Shown here: in pieces, positions 11,230-23,030 of the stretch
Position numbering within the stretch: the first letter of the stretch is position 1
How the letters are laid out: each line of letters begins with the position of its first letter
NCBI RefSeq assembly: GCF_004010195.1
Contig: NW_025214476.1
Coordinates: forward strand, 1 to 44,386
DNA from: Chiloscyllium plagiosum
Taxonomy: Eukaryota
DNA length: 44,386 bases
Reading direction: 5' to 3'
Notes under the pieces: generated by a model
Seen by the model: the letters and a program-made list of their open reading frames with translations, nothing else
Database searches by the model: none
Told to the model about the DNA's origin: nothing
Made by a program: the position numbers and the translations under genes

Positions 11230-12865
11230 GAATTCAAAGTAAACGCAAAGGGTTTCGAAAGGGAAGAGCTTATAATAATGGTATACATTAGGGACTAAAG
11301 TGTAACAATAAACTATTGTAATTTAAGGCAAATTGTTAGAGTCCATTGTTCAGGACATTTGCAAAGTTAAACCACAATTCGTCAGGGTCAACATGGTTTT
11401 ACGAAGGCTAAATCGTGTTTGAATTGTTTGCTTGAGTTATTTGAAGTGTCACAAACAATATGGATCGTGGGAATCCTGGAGATGGAACATATCTGGTCTT
11501 CCTGAAGGCATCGGATATTTCGCTTGTGCAAAGAGTAAATGGTGAGATCAGACAACATGGGTTTAGGAGTAATTTATTAGGTTGGATGGAGGATTGGTTA
11601 ACCAACAAAATGGAGTCAGATGGAATAAATGTGTCATTTTCTTTTGGCAAATGCAATTTGTGGGGTGCCATTGATTTCAGTACTCATGCCTCAATCATTT
11701 GCGATCGATGGTAGTACTGTACTCGGTTGACGGGATAGAAAATACGGTGCCACATTTTCAGATGACACTAACATTGGTAGGAAATTACTTCGGAATGATG
11801 ATGCAAGAGATTTAAAACTATATGGATAGGTTGGATGAATGGGCAAACATTTGGCAAGGAAAATTAAAGTGAATAAATATGGGCTATTCAAGTTGGCCAG
11901 TATAATAGAAAGACAAATTATTATCCAAATTGGAGATAAATTTTCAAAGTGGTTAGGTGCAGAGGGATCTGGGTGTCTGCTTGCATATCACAGAAAACAT
12001 GCCTGCGGGTACTGTAAGTAATGAGAAATGAAAGCATAATTTTAGCGTTTCTTTATAAAAGCATAGAGTAGAAAGGTAGGGAGTGTTGGTGCAGCTATGC
12101 AAGGCATTAATGAGTCTGCAACAGGAGTACAGTTTGAGTGTCCTGCAGAATGAAGTATTTCCATTGGAGGCAATTCAGAAGAGCCTTATTAGATTGACTC
12201 TATATTTGTCTTAAGAAGAGAAGTTGAGCAGTTTAGGCCTATACTCTCGAGTTTATAAGAATTAAAGGAGATCTCATTAAGGTCTGTAAAATGCTAAATG
12301 TAATTGAAAGTATCGATGTGGAGTGGATTTTTTTTCATGTGGCGCAATCTGCAACAATAGACGAGAGTTTTAAGATGGAGAGATGGCAGGAAAGTGGAAC
12401 AGAGGCCGCGATGATATCAGCCTCATCGAGGGGTTGGATTCCTCACAGATGCTCCTTGTTCTTCTTCAACTCTTCGACTGTGCTGGACAGGAATGGGAGA
12501 GGACTGGGTATCATACAGGATGCAGACACTCAGGATAAATCAGTCTCAATCAGTTAGAGAGAACGTAACCAGTAGGGTCACACAGTGACCAGCGCTGGGT
12601 TCTCAAGTATTTACAATCTATATTAATGATCAGGAGGATGGAACAGATATACAGAAGCTGAGTTTGGTGATGTCGCTGTGGTAAGCAAGAGATTAAATTA
12701 TCAAGAGAACGTGGAGAGTCTGCAAATAGATTCAGAGAGGTAAAGGCAATTGATAATAGTTTGGAAGGTGGAATTTAAGATGATATAACCTGTCATTTCA
12801 TTTACAGGAGTAATAGAAAGCAATATGTTCCTGAAATGGAGACGGATTACAGTACTTAATGATAC
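11230..12865 (+). mobile_element. Old CR1 LINE RT and 3' fragments
   Basis: 'caacatggttttacgaaggctaaatcgtgtttg' (QHGF.K.KSCL), 'ttttcagatgacactaac' (F.DDT) and a CR1-like tail near 12400-12470. Confidence 0.7.
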
Positions 12866-12869
12866 TGTG

Positions 12870-13745
12870 TACTAGGGGGTTCACTCAAATCCGTTCAGAT
12901 ATGGGAGGTTTTTCTCCATCCCTGATGTCAGCTCCCAGACACTGCATGTGACCCTTTTGCTCTCCGTGCACATGGAATACTTTGATGTGGTTGATTGGCG
13001 GTGGGGATGGTGTTTTGAAACGTGCATCAAGGGGACATCCTTTATCCAAGATATATTCATGTCTTTCTACGTGGAGACCCGATGACGATGGGAATGGCTG
13101 ACTGCGTCTGAATGAAGAGGCCGTGACTGCTGCCAGGGCAGAGGGTATTCACCAACATGATGTACTGTGCATGGGCACACTGTAACGTTAATAGAGAGAG
13201 AGAGCTTCTTCAGTTCCTCTACCTCTCCCCATTGACATGGGTACTCTGCAGATGCCATCGGGAATCCCACTATACTGAATACACCTGGCAGCCCCCTGCT
13301 GAGGGAGAAACAATACTTCTCATCCATCATATATATCCTCCATCATCGAATGGTTAACATTGATGTTGAGATACTGGGAAATGTTGGAAATGTCACCTAG
13401 TCCTGCCTGGAAAGTTCTGGATCGTAGAAGCTGAATGAAACAGTGACCCTCACAGCCACTGGCAGCACCATCCTCCCCCTGGTGTGAAGCTGCAGGTCGT
13501 GTTGAAGGAGGTGACACCGCTCTGCGACCAGCTCCTTGTTCAATCAATGTCCCTCAACTCTGCTCCTGGGTTAAGTGGAGTTTGGGAAGCTGGTCCTGGA
13601 AAACCCGGGGATACAGCAGATCCCTTTCCCCACACACACTCACTCGTGGTTTCAGAGCTTCCCCTCTCTGCAGCCTCTGCTCAATTTGTTGTTCATATTG
13701 CACGCTCGGATGCTGCCCCATCCAGAGTTGGGTCGCCAAATCCTC
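12870..13745 (-). mobile_element. PIF/Harbinger DDE transposase relic (HARBI1-like), frameshifted
   Basis: Stitched minus frames give motifs in the expected order: 'YPRVFQDQLPKLHLTQEQ', 'LPVAVRVTV', 'TFQAGLGDISNISQ', 'SINV.VC.HAQYIMLVNTLCPGSSHGLFIQTQSAIP', 'LDKGCPL', 'ESKRVTCSVWELTSGMEK'. Confidence 0.8.
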
Positions 13746-14680
13746 AGGTCTCCCTGAATGTCTGAGGCAACTTACAGCACAACCTCGAGCAAAACATCCC
13801 CTGCCCCTACACTAAATTTTCAATTACAGGAGCCAGTCAGAGATCCCTCGGTACAAGTGTTATGAACCAGACCAGATCCCCGCAAAATATTGGAAGAAAG
13901 CCGTTTAGATCTAAACCTTTCCGTATTTTGAATATAGATGGAAGGTGTGCCTTACAGATATGTTGTGACTGGTCAAAACACTCGACATTAAGCAAAATAT
14001 AATCTACTAAAATGCTTTAGTTAAAATACAATCAAAGAAAAGAATCTTTTGGGATAGCTTATATGTTGGAACACTTACACAAACAATAGATACCGTACCT
14101 TCTTGGTATACACTGCTTTGCGCAAAATATATTCAAATACAGATCCTTACAGCAGCTTTCCAATCCAGGAGGAATCAACGTCAACAGAGATCTCAGAGAG
14201 AAAATCAGCTGGGGATCACGTATTGAAACTTCCAACCCTTCTGGGATCCTCAGCAGCTTCTGAATGCTGCAGCTAAAAACAAAACGAGGAAAGCTGGTCT
14301 GGGAGAGCTGGCCACTGCCCTTCCAGTCATACCACCGTTTTAATGAAACCTAAAGGCTTTCTCAGTTATTTACTTTAACTGTTTTCAGACAGCATTTCTG
14401 CATCTCTGCCTTGAAAACCTCTCTTCAAAAAAAAACAAGAGGAAATAACCTTTTTAGTGATAGTATCTTCGCGACTCCATCTTCAATAAAATGATCCATC
14501 AATATACAAAGGTGGATTCACTTTAGACCTCATAATCTTCCACTATTAGTAGACTGAAATGCATATATATTACATTGACTCTGAGCGTACAAATGCTCAC
14601 AACTAGTTTCGATTTCATTCATTTTACTCCTGCCACAGAATGCCTTTGTCTTTCTTCATCCAAGTCTCCACAACGTGTCA

Positions 14681-15089
14681 NNNNNNNNNNNNNNNNNNNN
14701 NNNNNNNNNNNNNNNNNNNNNNNNNNNNNNNNNNNNNNNNNNNNNNNNNNNNNNNNNNNNNNNNNNNNNNNNNNNNNNNNNNNNNNNNNNNNNNNNNNNN
14801 NNNNNNNNNNNNNNNNNNNNNNNNNNNNNNNNNNNNNNNNNNNNNNNNNNNNNNNNNNNNNNNNNNNNNNNNNNNNNNNNNNNNNNNNNNNNNNNNNNNN
14901 NNNNNNNNNNNNNNNNNNNNNNNNNNNNNNNNNNNNNNNNNNNNNNNNNNNNNNNNNNNNNNNNNNNNNNNNNNNNNNNNNNNNNNNNNNNNNNNNNNNN
15001 NNNNNNNNNNNNNNNNNNNNNNNNNNNNNNNNNNNNNNNNNNNNNNNNNNNNNNNNNNNNNNNNNNNNNNNNNNNNNNNNNNNNNNNNN
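14681..15089. other. Assembly gap (409 N)
   Basis: Run of n. Confidence 1.
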
Positions 15090-15479
15090 TTTCCTTTTCT
15101 TTTATTTCTACTTTTCATCATAATTCAAACTGTTTCAATTCCTTCTCATGTTCAAAGTGTCTCATTGAAATTGAATTCCAGCCATTTCCAAAGAGTCTGA
15201 TGGCGGTTCCACCAAATGTAATTGCCGAGCTATAGCAGTAATTATCTCTCATTTTCTCACAAACAAACGCAACCCCAACTCCAGCTTGTCTGTTAATTCC
15301 TACAGCTTTGCCTTCATTACCTTCTGTAAAACTCCCACCTTCATTTTTCCATACCAGAGACCTCTTAGTGACTGAATCTTTATACACAAAACACTGTTCA
15401 ATCCAATCGAATAGAACTTCCGGGAAAAAAGACACTGACAACTACCACATGAGACCTTTGAACCCAATAGCCTCCTGGT

Positions 15480-15715
15480 GCATACTCTCCAGTGTCTGCA
15501 TGAGCTTATTCTGGATGCTTTGGTTTCCTCCCACAATCCAAAGATATGAATGTCAGGTGAATTGTCCATACTAACTTGTTCATAGTTTTCAGGGATGTGT
15601 GGGTTAGGCGCCTTAGTCGGGGTAAATGTGCAATAATAGGGTAGAGGAATGGGTCTGGGTCGGTCACTCCTCGGATGGTCGGTGTGGACTTGTTGGGTCG
15701 AATGGTCTGTTTGCA
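15480..15715 (+). mobile_element. HE1-type V-SINE, 5'-truncated, inserted in the LTR element
   Basis: 'ggtttcctcccacaatccaaagat', 'ggaatgggtctgggt' and 'gtgtggacttgttggg' are shared with the copy at 34340. Confidence 0.85.
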
Positions 15716-17754
15716 AATTCTAAACCCAATTTGGTGTTATCGATTTAGAACCGGACAAGAGTCCTCAGTTTGCTATAGACAAACCATTAACCGAATAATG
15801 GATCCAAATGTACCTTCTACAAATGAACTGTTCCAATATACTAAAATCACCTAAACACACCCCTTGGCAAAAAGGAACATTCAGACATGCATTCTTGCAT
15901 ACAGTTCTCCAATCCAGGAGGAAACAGCATCAAGTTAGGTTCCAGAGAGAATAGCAGCTAGGGATAATTTACTAAAACTTACAACCCTTCTGGGACCGCA
16001 AGCACCTGGTGATTCTTATGGCTACAATAAAAAGAAACCTAGAAAGCCTGGTCTGTGCGAGCTGGCCATTGTTGTCACTATTTATTAAAAACCCTAAAAG
16101 CCCCGCAAGTTATTTACTTGTGCCGTTTTCAGTAGGAAGTTTGGCCTTTAAGACCTCTTTCTATATAAAGGAGAAAATAACCTTTTATTAAAAAAGTGAC
16201 AGCATTGTCAGGCAATTTAGATGCCTGGTCTTTTACTCAGTGGGCTTCCGCGTGTTACTGACCGCAAGGTCACCTGAGAGGGACAGCCACAGGTACAGAT
16301 CAAGTTAAAAGGATGTTTCTCATAACTTCTGAAATATGCCTGTCCATGGACCGTCACATGAGACATACCAGAAAGTGAACAACAGCTTGACACACCCCAT
16401 TTCATTATTTCTGAACTACACAATGCCAGCACTCGATACACTAGGGAGGCCAAAACCCAAGGCCAGGGAAAGATACAAAGGGGCAGAGAGATTCACATTA
16501 AAGACAGAAACAGCCAGTTAATTAAATGAAAAGATGTGGTGGAAATATGTGGAAACAGTCAGGGCAGTGAGACAAGCAGGAGAAATGAGATCTTTGTGTG
16601 TAAAATTATAAGAATGAGAACATTTAATAAAGACATTGTCAGATTAGCTGAAATGGTTTGTTACATCAAATTCTGAATCTTCTTCACAGAACACCACAAA
16701 CAACATAAACTGGGACAAGATGACAGCCCAGCATGGAGAGCTGTGCAGACCATGCTAGTGTGTTGCTCAGTAAACTGCACTATCTGCCCAGCATGAGAGT
16801 ATTGCAAACTTTACTATCATATGCTAACTATACTCGCATTAGATGACTGCCTACAATGGGAAGGTTTGCTCTCTCTGCCTTTGTGTGTATTCATCAGAGA
16901 CTGAGAGAGAGAGTGCGTGTGTGTGCGCACGATTGGCGTGGTTGAATGCGAAACTCATTGGTTGAGAAGGAACGCACATGGAGGAAACTATTTCCAATAA
17001 GAACAGCTGGCAGGCATTGTGTTAATCGACAGAGAGAGAACGAGAGAAGTTTCATGGACAGATAAGGTAAAGTGTTTGAGAATGTTAAAATAAAGACATT
17101 GCCAGACGCAATAGCAATATATATCCGCGTGCACATGAATGACAGATGGATGGGAGTTTGGTGTGAGTTCGAATCAGATTTGCTTCGGCAGGTTTGAAGC
17201 CGGGAGCGTCAGCAGCTGATTATTGGCTTCATTAAGATTGTGCTTCATAGCTCAAGGTTCAAACAGCAGATGGACTAAACCAGTGAGATATATTCTGGAA
17301 TGGTGAGTATTTGAAGTTAGAAATGGTCAGGGAATGGTGTCAAGAGTGAGTACATAATCAAAGGGATCCCCCACAGTTGTGACTTGTCTGCTTCAGCTGT
17401 AGATATTGGCCAGGGGTGGGATGGAAACAGTGGAAGGAAGTGGAGTTTGTAACCAGAACAGTAGAAAGTGACCTCCATGCTGTTAATACTTAAATAAAAA
17501 AGGCCATGATACAATAAATTGAAGTTCTCCGCTGAAATGAGTAGGTCAACATAGAGAGTAACAATGCTAACTCAGAGAGGGAGACAGTAATTGAACATGA
17601 TCATTGACGTAGTTAGTAGTGTTCTGTAGAGTGAATATCTGGATTGAGAGTTTCAACAGAAAAATAATAGTGACAAGAAGTATAGACTATATAAAAGAAC
17701 AGTAATACAGTCATAACTGTTTTATAGAAAAAAAAACTGGACAGTGATACTTAC

Positions 17755-17932
17755 CAGGAACACCAACGATAGCCAGGAAAGGATAATAAAAATATTGAGT
17801 AATGAGAAGAGCGTAATAGATCCGCGATGATAATGACCAGCAATAAAAAAGAGAAAGATACCAAACATAATTGGATAAGCTCCTGTCTACTGTTGGAACA
17901 TGCCAGTCTAATATTCCCAGATTCTGATACAT
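17755..17932 (-). CDS. Candidate first coding exon of a GPR139/GPR142-like class A GPCR (N-terminus and start of TM1); partial gene
   Basis: MYQNLGILDWHVPTVDRSLSNYVWYLSLFYCWSLSSRIYYALLITQYFYYPFLAIVGVP followed by a phase-1 consensus donor G|gtaagt (intron begins at 17754). The frame is open up to 18073, so the start codon is uncertain. YYPxLAxxGVP|intron matches the GPR139 family TM1 and gene structure as I recall it. Confidence 0.72.
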
Positions 17933-17970
17933 TGTTGGAACATGCCAGTCTAATGTTCTTAGATTCTGAA
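17891..17970. repeat. 42-bp in-frame tandem duplication
   Basis: 'tgttggaacatgccagtctaat....c..agattctga' occurs twice, starting at 17891 and 17933. It encodes QNLxxLDWHVPT twice on the minus strand. Confidence 0.9.
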
Positions 17971-18415
17971 CTCTCCGCGCCCTCTCTCTAAATCTGTTGA
18001 TCTCTGTCAGTGCTGTCGGTGATGTTCCCGCCCATGTTATGGGATAACACATTGAACGGCGCCTACTTATCATTTAAAGATGGAAACCCTCCACTGGAAT
18101 AATTAGAATCCATGGAGATTGGCATTAAGCGTCACTGAACAAACACTGGGAAACTGAGCAAAGGCTACGACAATAGATGAATGGGCACTGCACAATAATC
18201 AACAGACATGAGTGTTCGCATCCAGTTGGGGAACACTTCAGTGGTCCAGGACATTAAACTTCGGACCTTCTGGCGACCATCCTTCAAGGTGGACTTCGGG
18301 ACAGGCAGCAGCAAACAGTGGCCGAGCAGAGGCTGATAAATAATTTCGGGACCCATAGGGAGGGCCTCAACCGGGACATTAGGTTCACGTCACATTCCAG
18401 GTGACCACCATTGCA

Positions 18416-18419
<4 letters not shown>

Positions 18420-18472
<53 letters not shown>

Positions 18473-18640
18473 GGCACTCCTATGCACACACATACATACG
18501 GACACACATGTACACAGACACACACACCCTTACAGACACCCACACTCACACAGGCATCCGATCAGAGTCACTCTCACACTCACAACCCCCAACCAAGACA
18601 AACGCACACACAAACAGGCAAAGACCCACATGCACACATA
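18420..18640. repeat. (TA)n microsatellite followed by a degenerate (CA)n tract
   Basis: Directly visible. Confidence 0.95.
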
Positions 18641-19053
18641 TATTTTGTTGGATAAATTTGTACTTGCAGAGTTACATTGTACTTTGCTTAAAAACTACAT
18701 GAATTCGTGGAAACCTCTGAGCTCAAAAACTGCATGAATTCATGTAAAACTCTGTTATCTCACTTTTCAGATTAGAATCAATCTGAACATCATGGTATAA
18801 ACAGAGAACACGGGGGCGAACACCTTCAAAATATTGTCTAGCTATCACTCAATGTTACAGCTAACCTGAGAATGCAACTTTAAAAGAAAAAGGTTTTGTG
18901 ATTGACACATGAAAGAAATGAAACTATCATGGTAGTCGAACAGATGGAAGACTCAACAGACAATCCAGGTATCTTTCAATGGATAATTTCAGTTATATCA
19001 CACTGTAAATCTTTGCTATAAATTCTGTGCCTTAGAAGTGTGTCCTCCACTAT

Positions 19054-19087
19054 CATCTGATGAAGGAGTGGCGTTCGAAAGCTAATG
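19054..19087 (+). ncRNA. Minimal type I hammerhead ribozyme motif
   Basis: cat-CTGATGA-aggagtggcgttc-GAAA-gcta-atg. Stem I is cat/atg, stem III is the palindrome agct, and stem II is weakened. Confidence 0.55.
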
Positions 19088-19534
19088 TACTTCCAATTAA
19101 ACCTATTGGACTACAACCTGGTGCTGTGTGATTTTTAACTTTGGATACCCAAATCCAACACCAGCATCTCCAAATCACGACTAAACAAATAGGCTCAGTT
19201 AACCAGTTCCACACATCGCTTTTCATATCACTTTCAAAGGGAGCATTTACTGGGTTTGGATGGAATGAATGAGGGCTGCTGAGGGATGGACCATGAATCT
19301 TTAAACCTTTTAAATCTTTTTTTTTTAACTTCTTTATGGGAGTATTAACAGGACACTGCAAGGGTTTATATATGTTCTGCTCTGTTTATGAAAAGAGGCA
19401 ATTATAAAATAACAGATCGGTTACTTTACAAAAACTCAGTGGGTAAGTTTCTAGATACCTGAACCCAATTTACGGTACTTATTGACCAGTGTGAGGCTAC
19501 TCCTGGTTTTAATGCCCTGTTATCAAATCCTTGA

Positions 19535-19970
19535 GACAGAGCATTGAGACTGCTGCTCAGTAACAGGCCGAAGCAATTCTGTCCCTATAGGCATCTTACA
19601 GAGGGATAAGAGAAGGCCATTCAGCCCATATTAGCCTGTTGCTACTTGAAAAGGTGGAAACCTAGAATATTGACACATTTTGCCAACAGAATCATTCAAA
19701 ACGAAGAGATGTGGCGCGGCAACTGTATGAGGTGTTACTGAGAGGGTACCTGGAGTACATTGTGTTGTTTGTGTTTCTGTAACTGGGAAGGGATGGACCT
19801 CTATCAGATACAGTTCAATGGCTGCTCATAATCCACGGGTTGCTGTGTCATTTAATGTCTCTGGTCTGTTACACAAGGATAGGAGGAGGCGATTCAGCCT
19901 TTCCAGTGTATTACAGAGGGCCACGAGGAGCCCATTCAGCCTCTCGAGCCTGTGACAGAGGGGCAGGAAG
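19535..19970 (+). repeat. Further units of the 'ggccattcagccc' minisatellite mixed with a CR1 fragment
   Basis: 'aaggccattcagcccatattagcctgtt', 'aggaggcgattcagcc' and 'gagcccattcagcctctcgagcctgtgac'. Confidence 0.65.
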
Positions 19971-19979
19971 TGTTTATTT

Positions 19980-22320
19980 AATTTTCAAGTCTGTTAAGCA
20001 TAAATATTATTTTCAAATTAGTTTTGGAAGAGGAAAGACCTGATGTAAATATTAAAGTTCTAACTTTTAACAAGGCCAATTTTGAAAGTGTTAGGCGTGC
20101 CTTGTGAAAAGCTGAGTGGAATACCCTATTCACAGGGAAAGGGATGGTTGGAAAATGCAAGTCCATCAATACTTGGTTTCAGAGAGTCCAGAGCCAACGT
20201 GTTCCCATTAGTGAGAGGGGCAAGGCTGGTGGGTGCAGGGAGTGCTGGATGGGTAGAAGTATTGATGCTGTGATCAACGTAAGGAAGGAGGCATATGTCA
20301 GGTAAACAGAGCTGAGATCAAGTGAATCCCGAGAGGTGTATAAGGACAACAAGTATATAGTCAACGGGGAAATCGGCCAGAAAAATGTGGACAAGAGATG
20401 GCTTTAGAAATAGGGTTAACGAGGCATTGAAGAAATTCTACAAATCCTTTAATGGCAAAAGATTAACTAGGGGGAGAATTGGGCCTCTTAAAGATCAGTA
20501 AGGCTACCAATGTGTGGAAACACAGGAGATTGGAGGGATACTAAACAAGTATTTCTCCTCAGTATTTAATATGGAGGAGGTTACAAGTGCGAGAGAATGA
20601 AGAAATATATAGTGATACCTTGAAAAGTGTCTATATTACAAGGAGGCGTTGAACACTTTAAAACACATAAAGGTGAACAAATCCCTGGGACCTGAGCAGT
20701 TGTATCCCAGATGTTTGTGGGAAGGTAGGAAAGAGATTGCTCAGCATTTTGCTGACACATTTGTAACATTGATTTCCACAGGTGACGTGTCAAAAGACTG
20801 GAGGGCTGCTAACATAGTGTCATTACATCAGAAAACATGGTAGACCGGTTAGCAAGGTTAGACTGCCTGGAGTCCAGGGAGAGCTCGCCATTTAGACCGA
20901 AATTTTTCTTGAATATTGGAGACAGGGCGTGACAGTGACATTTGTTCATTAAACTTGGAGACCTGTGATCAGTGGCGTGCCGCAAAGATCAATAGTGTGT
21001 CCACTGCATTTTGTCACTTATACAAATCATTTGCATTTGAGTAGATGAAGTATGGTCAGTAAGTTTGTAGATAATACCAAATTGGTAGGTGTAGTCGACA
21101 GTGATGAATAACTCTCAGACTATAATGGGACTTTGCTTAGGTGAGCTGAGGAGTGGCAGATTTATTTTAGTTAAATGTGAGGTGTAGCATTTTGGTAAGA
21201 CAAATCAAGGCAAGGCAAGGTAGGGTCCTGTCGAAAGCTGCCAATCAAGAAGAACTCCATAGAAATTATCGAATCCCTACAGTAAGGAAACAGGCTATTC
21301 GGCCCATCGAGGCCACACCGACCTTCTAAACAGTATCACATTGGACAAACCCCTACCCTATCCCTCTGAGCCTGCATTTCCCATGGCTAATCCACCTCGC
21401 CTACACATCCCTGGGTACCTTTCGCAATTTAGCATGGCCAATCTACCCTTATCTGTATATCTTTATACTGTCGGAGGAAAACATAACATTTGGAGGAAAT
21501 TCATGCAGACACAAGGAGAATGTGCAAACTCCACACAGGCCGTCATTCAAGGGTGGAATTAAACCCAGATCGCTGCGCTCTGAAGCAGCAATGCGAGTCA
21601 CTGAGCTACTGTGTCACCTTGTGGTGCAGGTTCTCCGTTCCTTGAAAGTGCTGTCACAGGTAGACAGCGCAGTGAAGAAGGCACTTGGCGATCTTCCCTT
21701 TATTGGTGTGTGCTTTGTGTCTAAACATTTGCATGACATGTTGCACCTGTCCAGGACATTGGTGTGGCCACTTTTGTAATACTCCCTTTAATCCTGGTCT
21801 CCCTGCTGTCGGAAAGGTGTTGTCAAACTTGAAAGGGTACAGAAGAGATTTAAAATGATGTTGCAGGTGTTGGAGGGTTAACGTTATAGAGAGAATTTGA
21901 ATCGGCTGGGACTATTTTCAAGTGTTGAGGCTGAGGGGTGACCTGAAAAAGGTTTATAAAATAATGAGGGGCATAGATAAGGTAAACCGTCAATGTATTT
22001 TCCCAGGATATACGAGTCCAAAATTAGAAGACAAAGTTTTAAGGTGAGTGGAGAAAGATTTAAAAGGGGACATGAGGGACAACATTTTCACACAGAGACT
22101 GCTGTGTGTATGGATTGAACAGCCAAAAGAGGTGGTGGAGGCAGGTACAGTTACACCATTTAAAAGGCATTTGGATGGATACATGCATGGGAAGTGTTTG
22201 CAGGGAGATGGGCCAAATGCTGGCAAGGGGGACGAGATTTATTTAGGATATTTGGTCGGTATGGACGATCAGACTGAAAGGTCTTTTTCCATGCTGTATA
22301 TCTCTGAGACTCTACTGTCT
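19980..22320 (+). mobile_element. CR1 LINE, 5'-truncated and decayed
   Basis: 'LKHIKVNKSLGPEQLYPRCLWEGRKEIA...DWRAANIV' and 'NIFTQRLLCVW...FKRHLDGYM'. CR1 3' tail near 22250-22320. Confidence 0.85.
21258..21620 (-). mobile_element. HE1-type V-SINE inserted in CR1
   Basis: Reverse-complement motifs 'ggagaatgtgcaaactccacacag' and 'caatttagcatggccaat'. Confidence 0.85.
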
Positions 22321-22329
22321 CTTGAGTGT

Positions 22330-22820
22330 ATAACACAGGAACAGGAGGAGGCTACTCAGCTTCTGAATTCTGTCAGTCAGCTTGTTTGCTCAATTGCTGA
22401 GAGTAAAATACAAAATACATCATTCAGATTTTAATGGTGTTTTACAGAAACAGAGGAAAGGCTTTTAGTCAAGAGAAGCGGTAAGGAATGTGAAGAGGCC
22501 ATTCAGACCCTCAACTCCATTCCACAGGAGCAGCAGGTGAGCACAGAGATATTGGAGCTTGTTAGTCAGTAGAAGGAGGAGGACATCTACTTTCGCAAAC
22601 CTTGGATCAGGAGGCAGTCACTCAGCTGCCCAAGACTGGGACACAGGAACAGGACGCAGTCATTCAACTGCTTGAGACTGGGGCACAGGGAAAGGAGGGA
22701 GTCACTCAGAGATCAAAACTGGGGCACAGGGAAATCTGGAGGTTAGTGAGGCCCCAGCATCCTGTTATGCAAGAACAGCAGGAGGCGACTCCCTCTCCGC
22801 CAGTATAGGACACTGGGAGA
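22330..22820 (+). repeat. Degenerate minisatellite of about 39-42 bp (same family as 10500-11200)
   Basis: 'cacaggaacaggaggaggctactcagc' and 'acacaggaacaggacgcagtcattcaac'. ORF 22602-22808 shows a 13-aa periodicity. Confidence 0.75.
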
Positions 22821-22949
22821 GAAGGGGGGTTTTCTTGGAAGAAACAGAAATATATGAGTTAGTTGCATTCGTGGTCCATTCAATCCTGCCCCAACATTCA
22901 CTAAGACCACGGCTGATCTGATTGTGATTCCCCCATTCCATTTTACGGA

Positions 22950-23030
22950 GACTCCCCTCTCTGCAGCCTCTGCTCCGTTTCTTGGACATGTTGCAGACCC
23001 AGATGCTGCAACAACACTCACCATGACTCA
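22950..23030 (-). mobile_element. Harbinger transposase N-terminal fragment (copy 2)
   Basis: 'cccctctctgcagcctctgctc' is identical to 13661-13682. The minus frame reads 'LGLQHVQETEQRLQRG'. Confidence 0.65.

Larger units (their letters stand above)
13858..16210 (-). mobile_element. Gypsy-type LTR retrotransposon relic with two diverged LTRs (about 13858-14473 and 15771-16210)
   Basis: The LTRs share 'tccaatccaggagga', 'caacccttctggga', 'gagctggcca' and 'aaataacctttt'. A degenerate tRNA-Pro-like PBS lies at 15751-15769. Gag-like N-terminus 'LQKVMKAKL*ELTDKLEL..VRK*EIITAIA...MRHFEHEKELKQFEL' at 15100-15400. Confidence 0.75.
18143..19180 (+). mobile_element. Penelope-like element 3' part (GIY-YIG C-terminus, microsatellite, terminal repeat)
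   Basis: 'TEQRLRQ*MNGH...PVGEHFSGPGH*TSDL..ILQGG..AEQRLINNFGTHREGLNRD' at 18145-18404. Hammerhead motif near the end. Confidence 0.85.

Noticed and set aside
13655..13815. Hepcidin-like cysteine-rich peptides on plus (SPLCSLCSICCSYC; also DSPLCSLCSVSWTCCRPRCC at about 22950 and FPLCKFCSRCGSCCRPR at about 37455)
   Set aside because: They are the antisense reading of the Harbinger transposase N-terminus. Cys spacing and acceptor phase are not conserved, and I found no signal or propeptide exons.
14575..15235. Long ORFs spanning the N runs (also 29738-30328)
   Set aside because: Artefacts of translating through assembly gaps.
18284..18737. YI/TH-repeat ORFs
   Set aside because: Translations of the TA/CA microsatellite.
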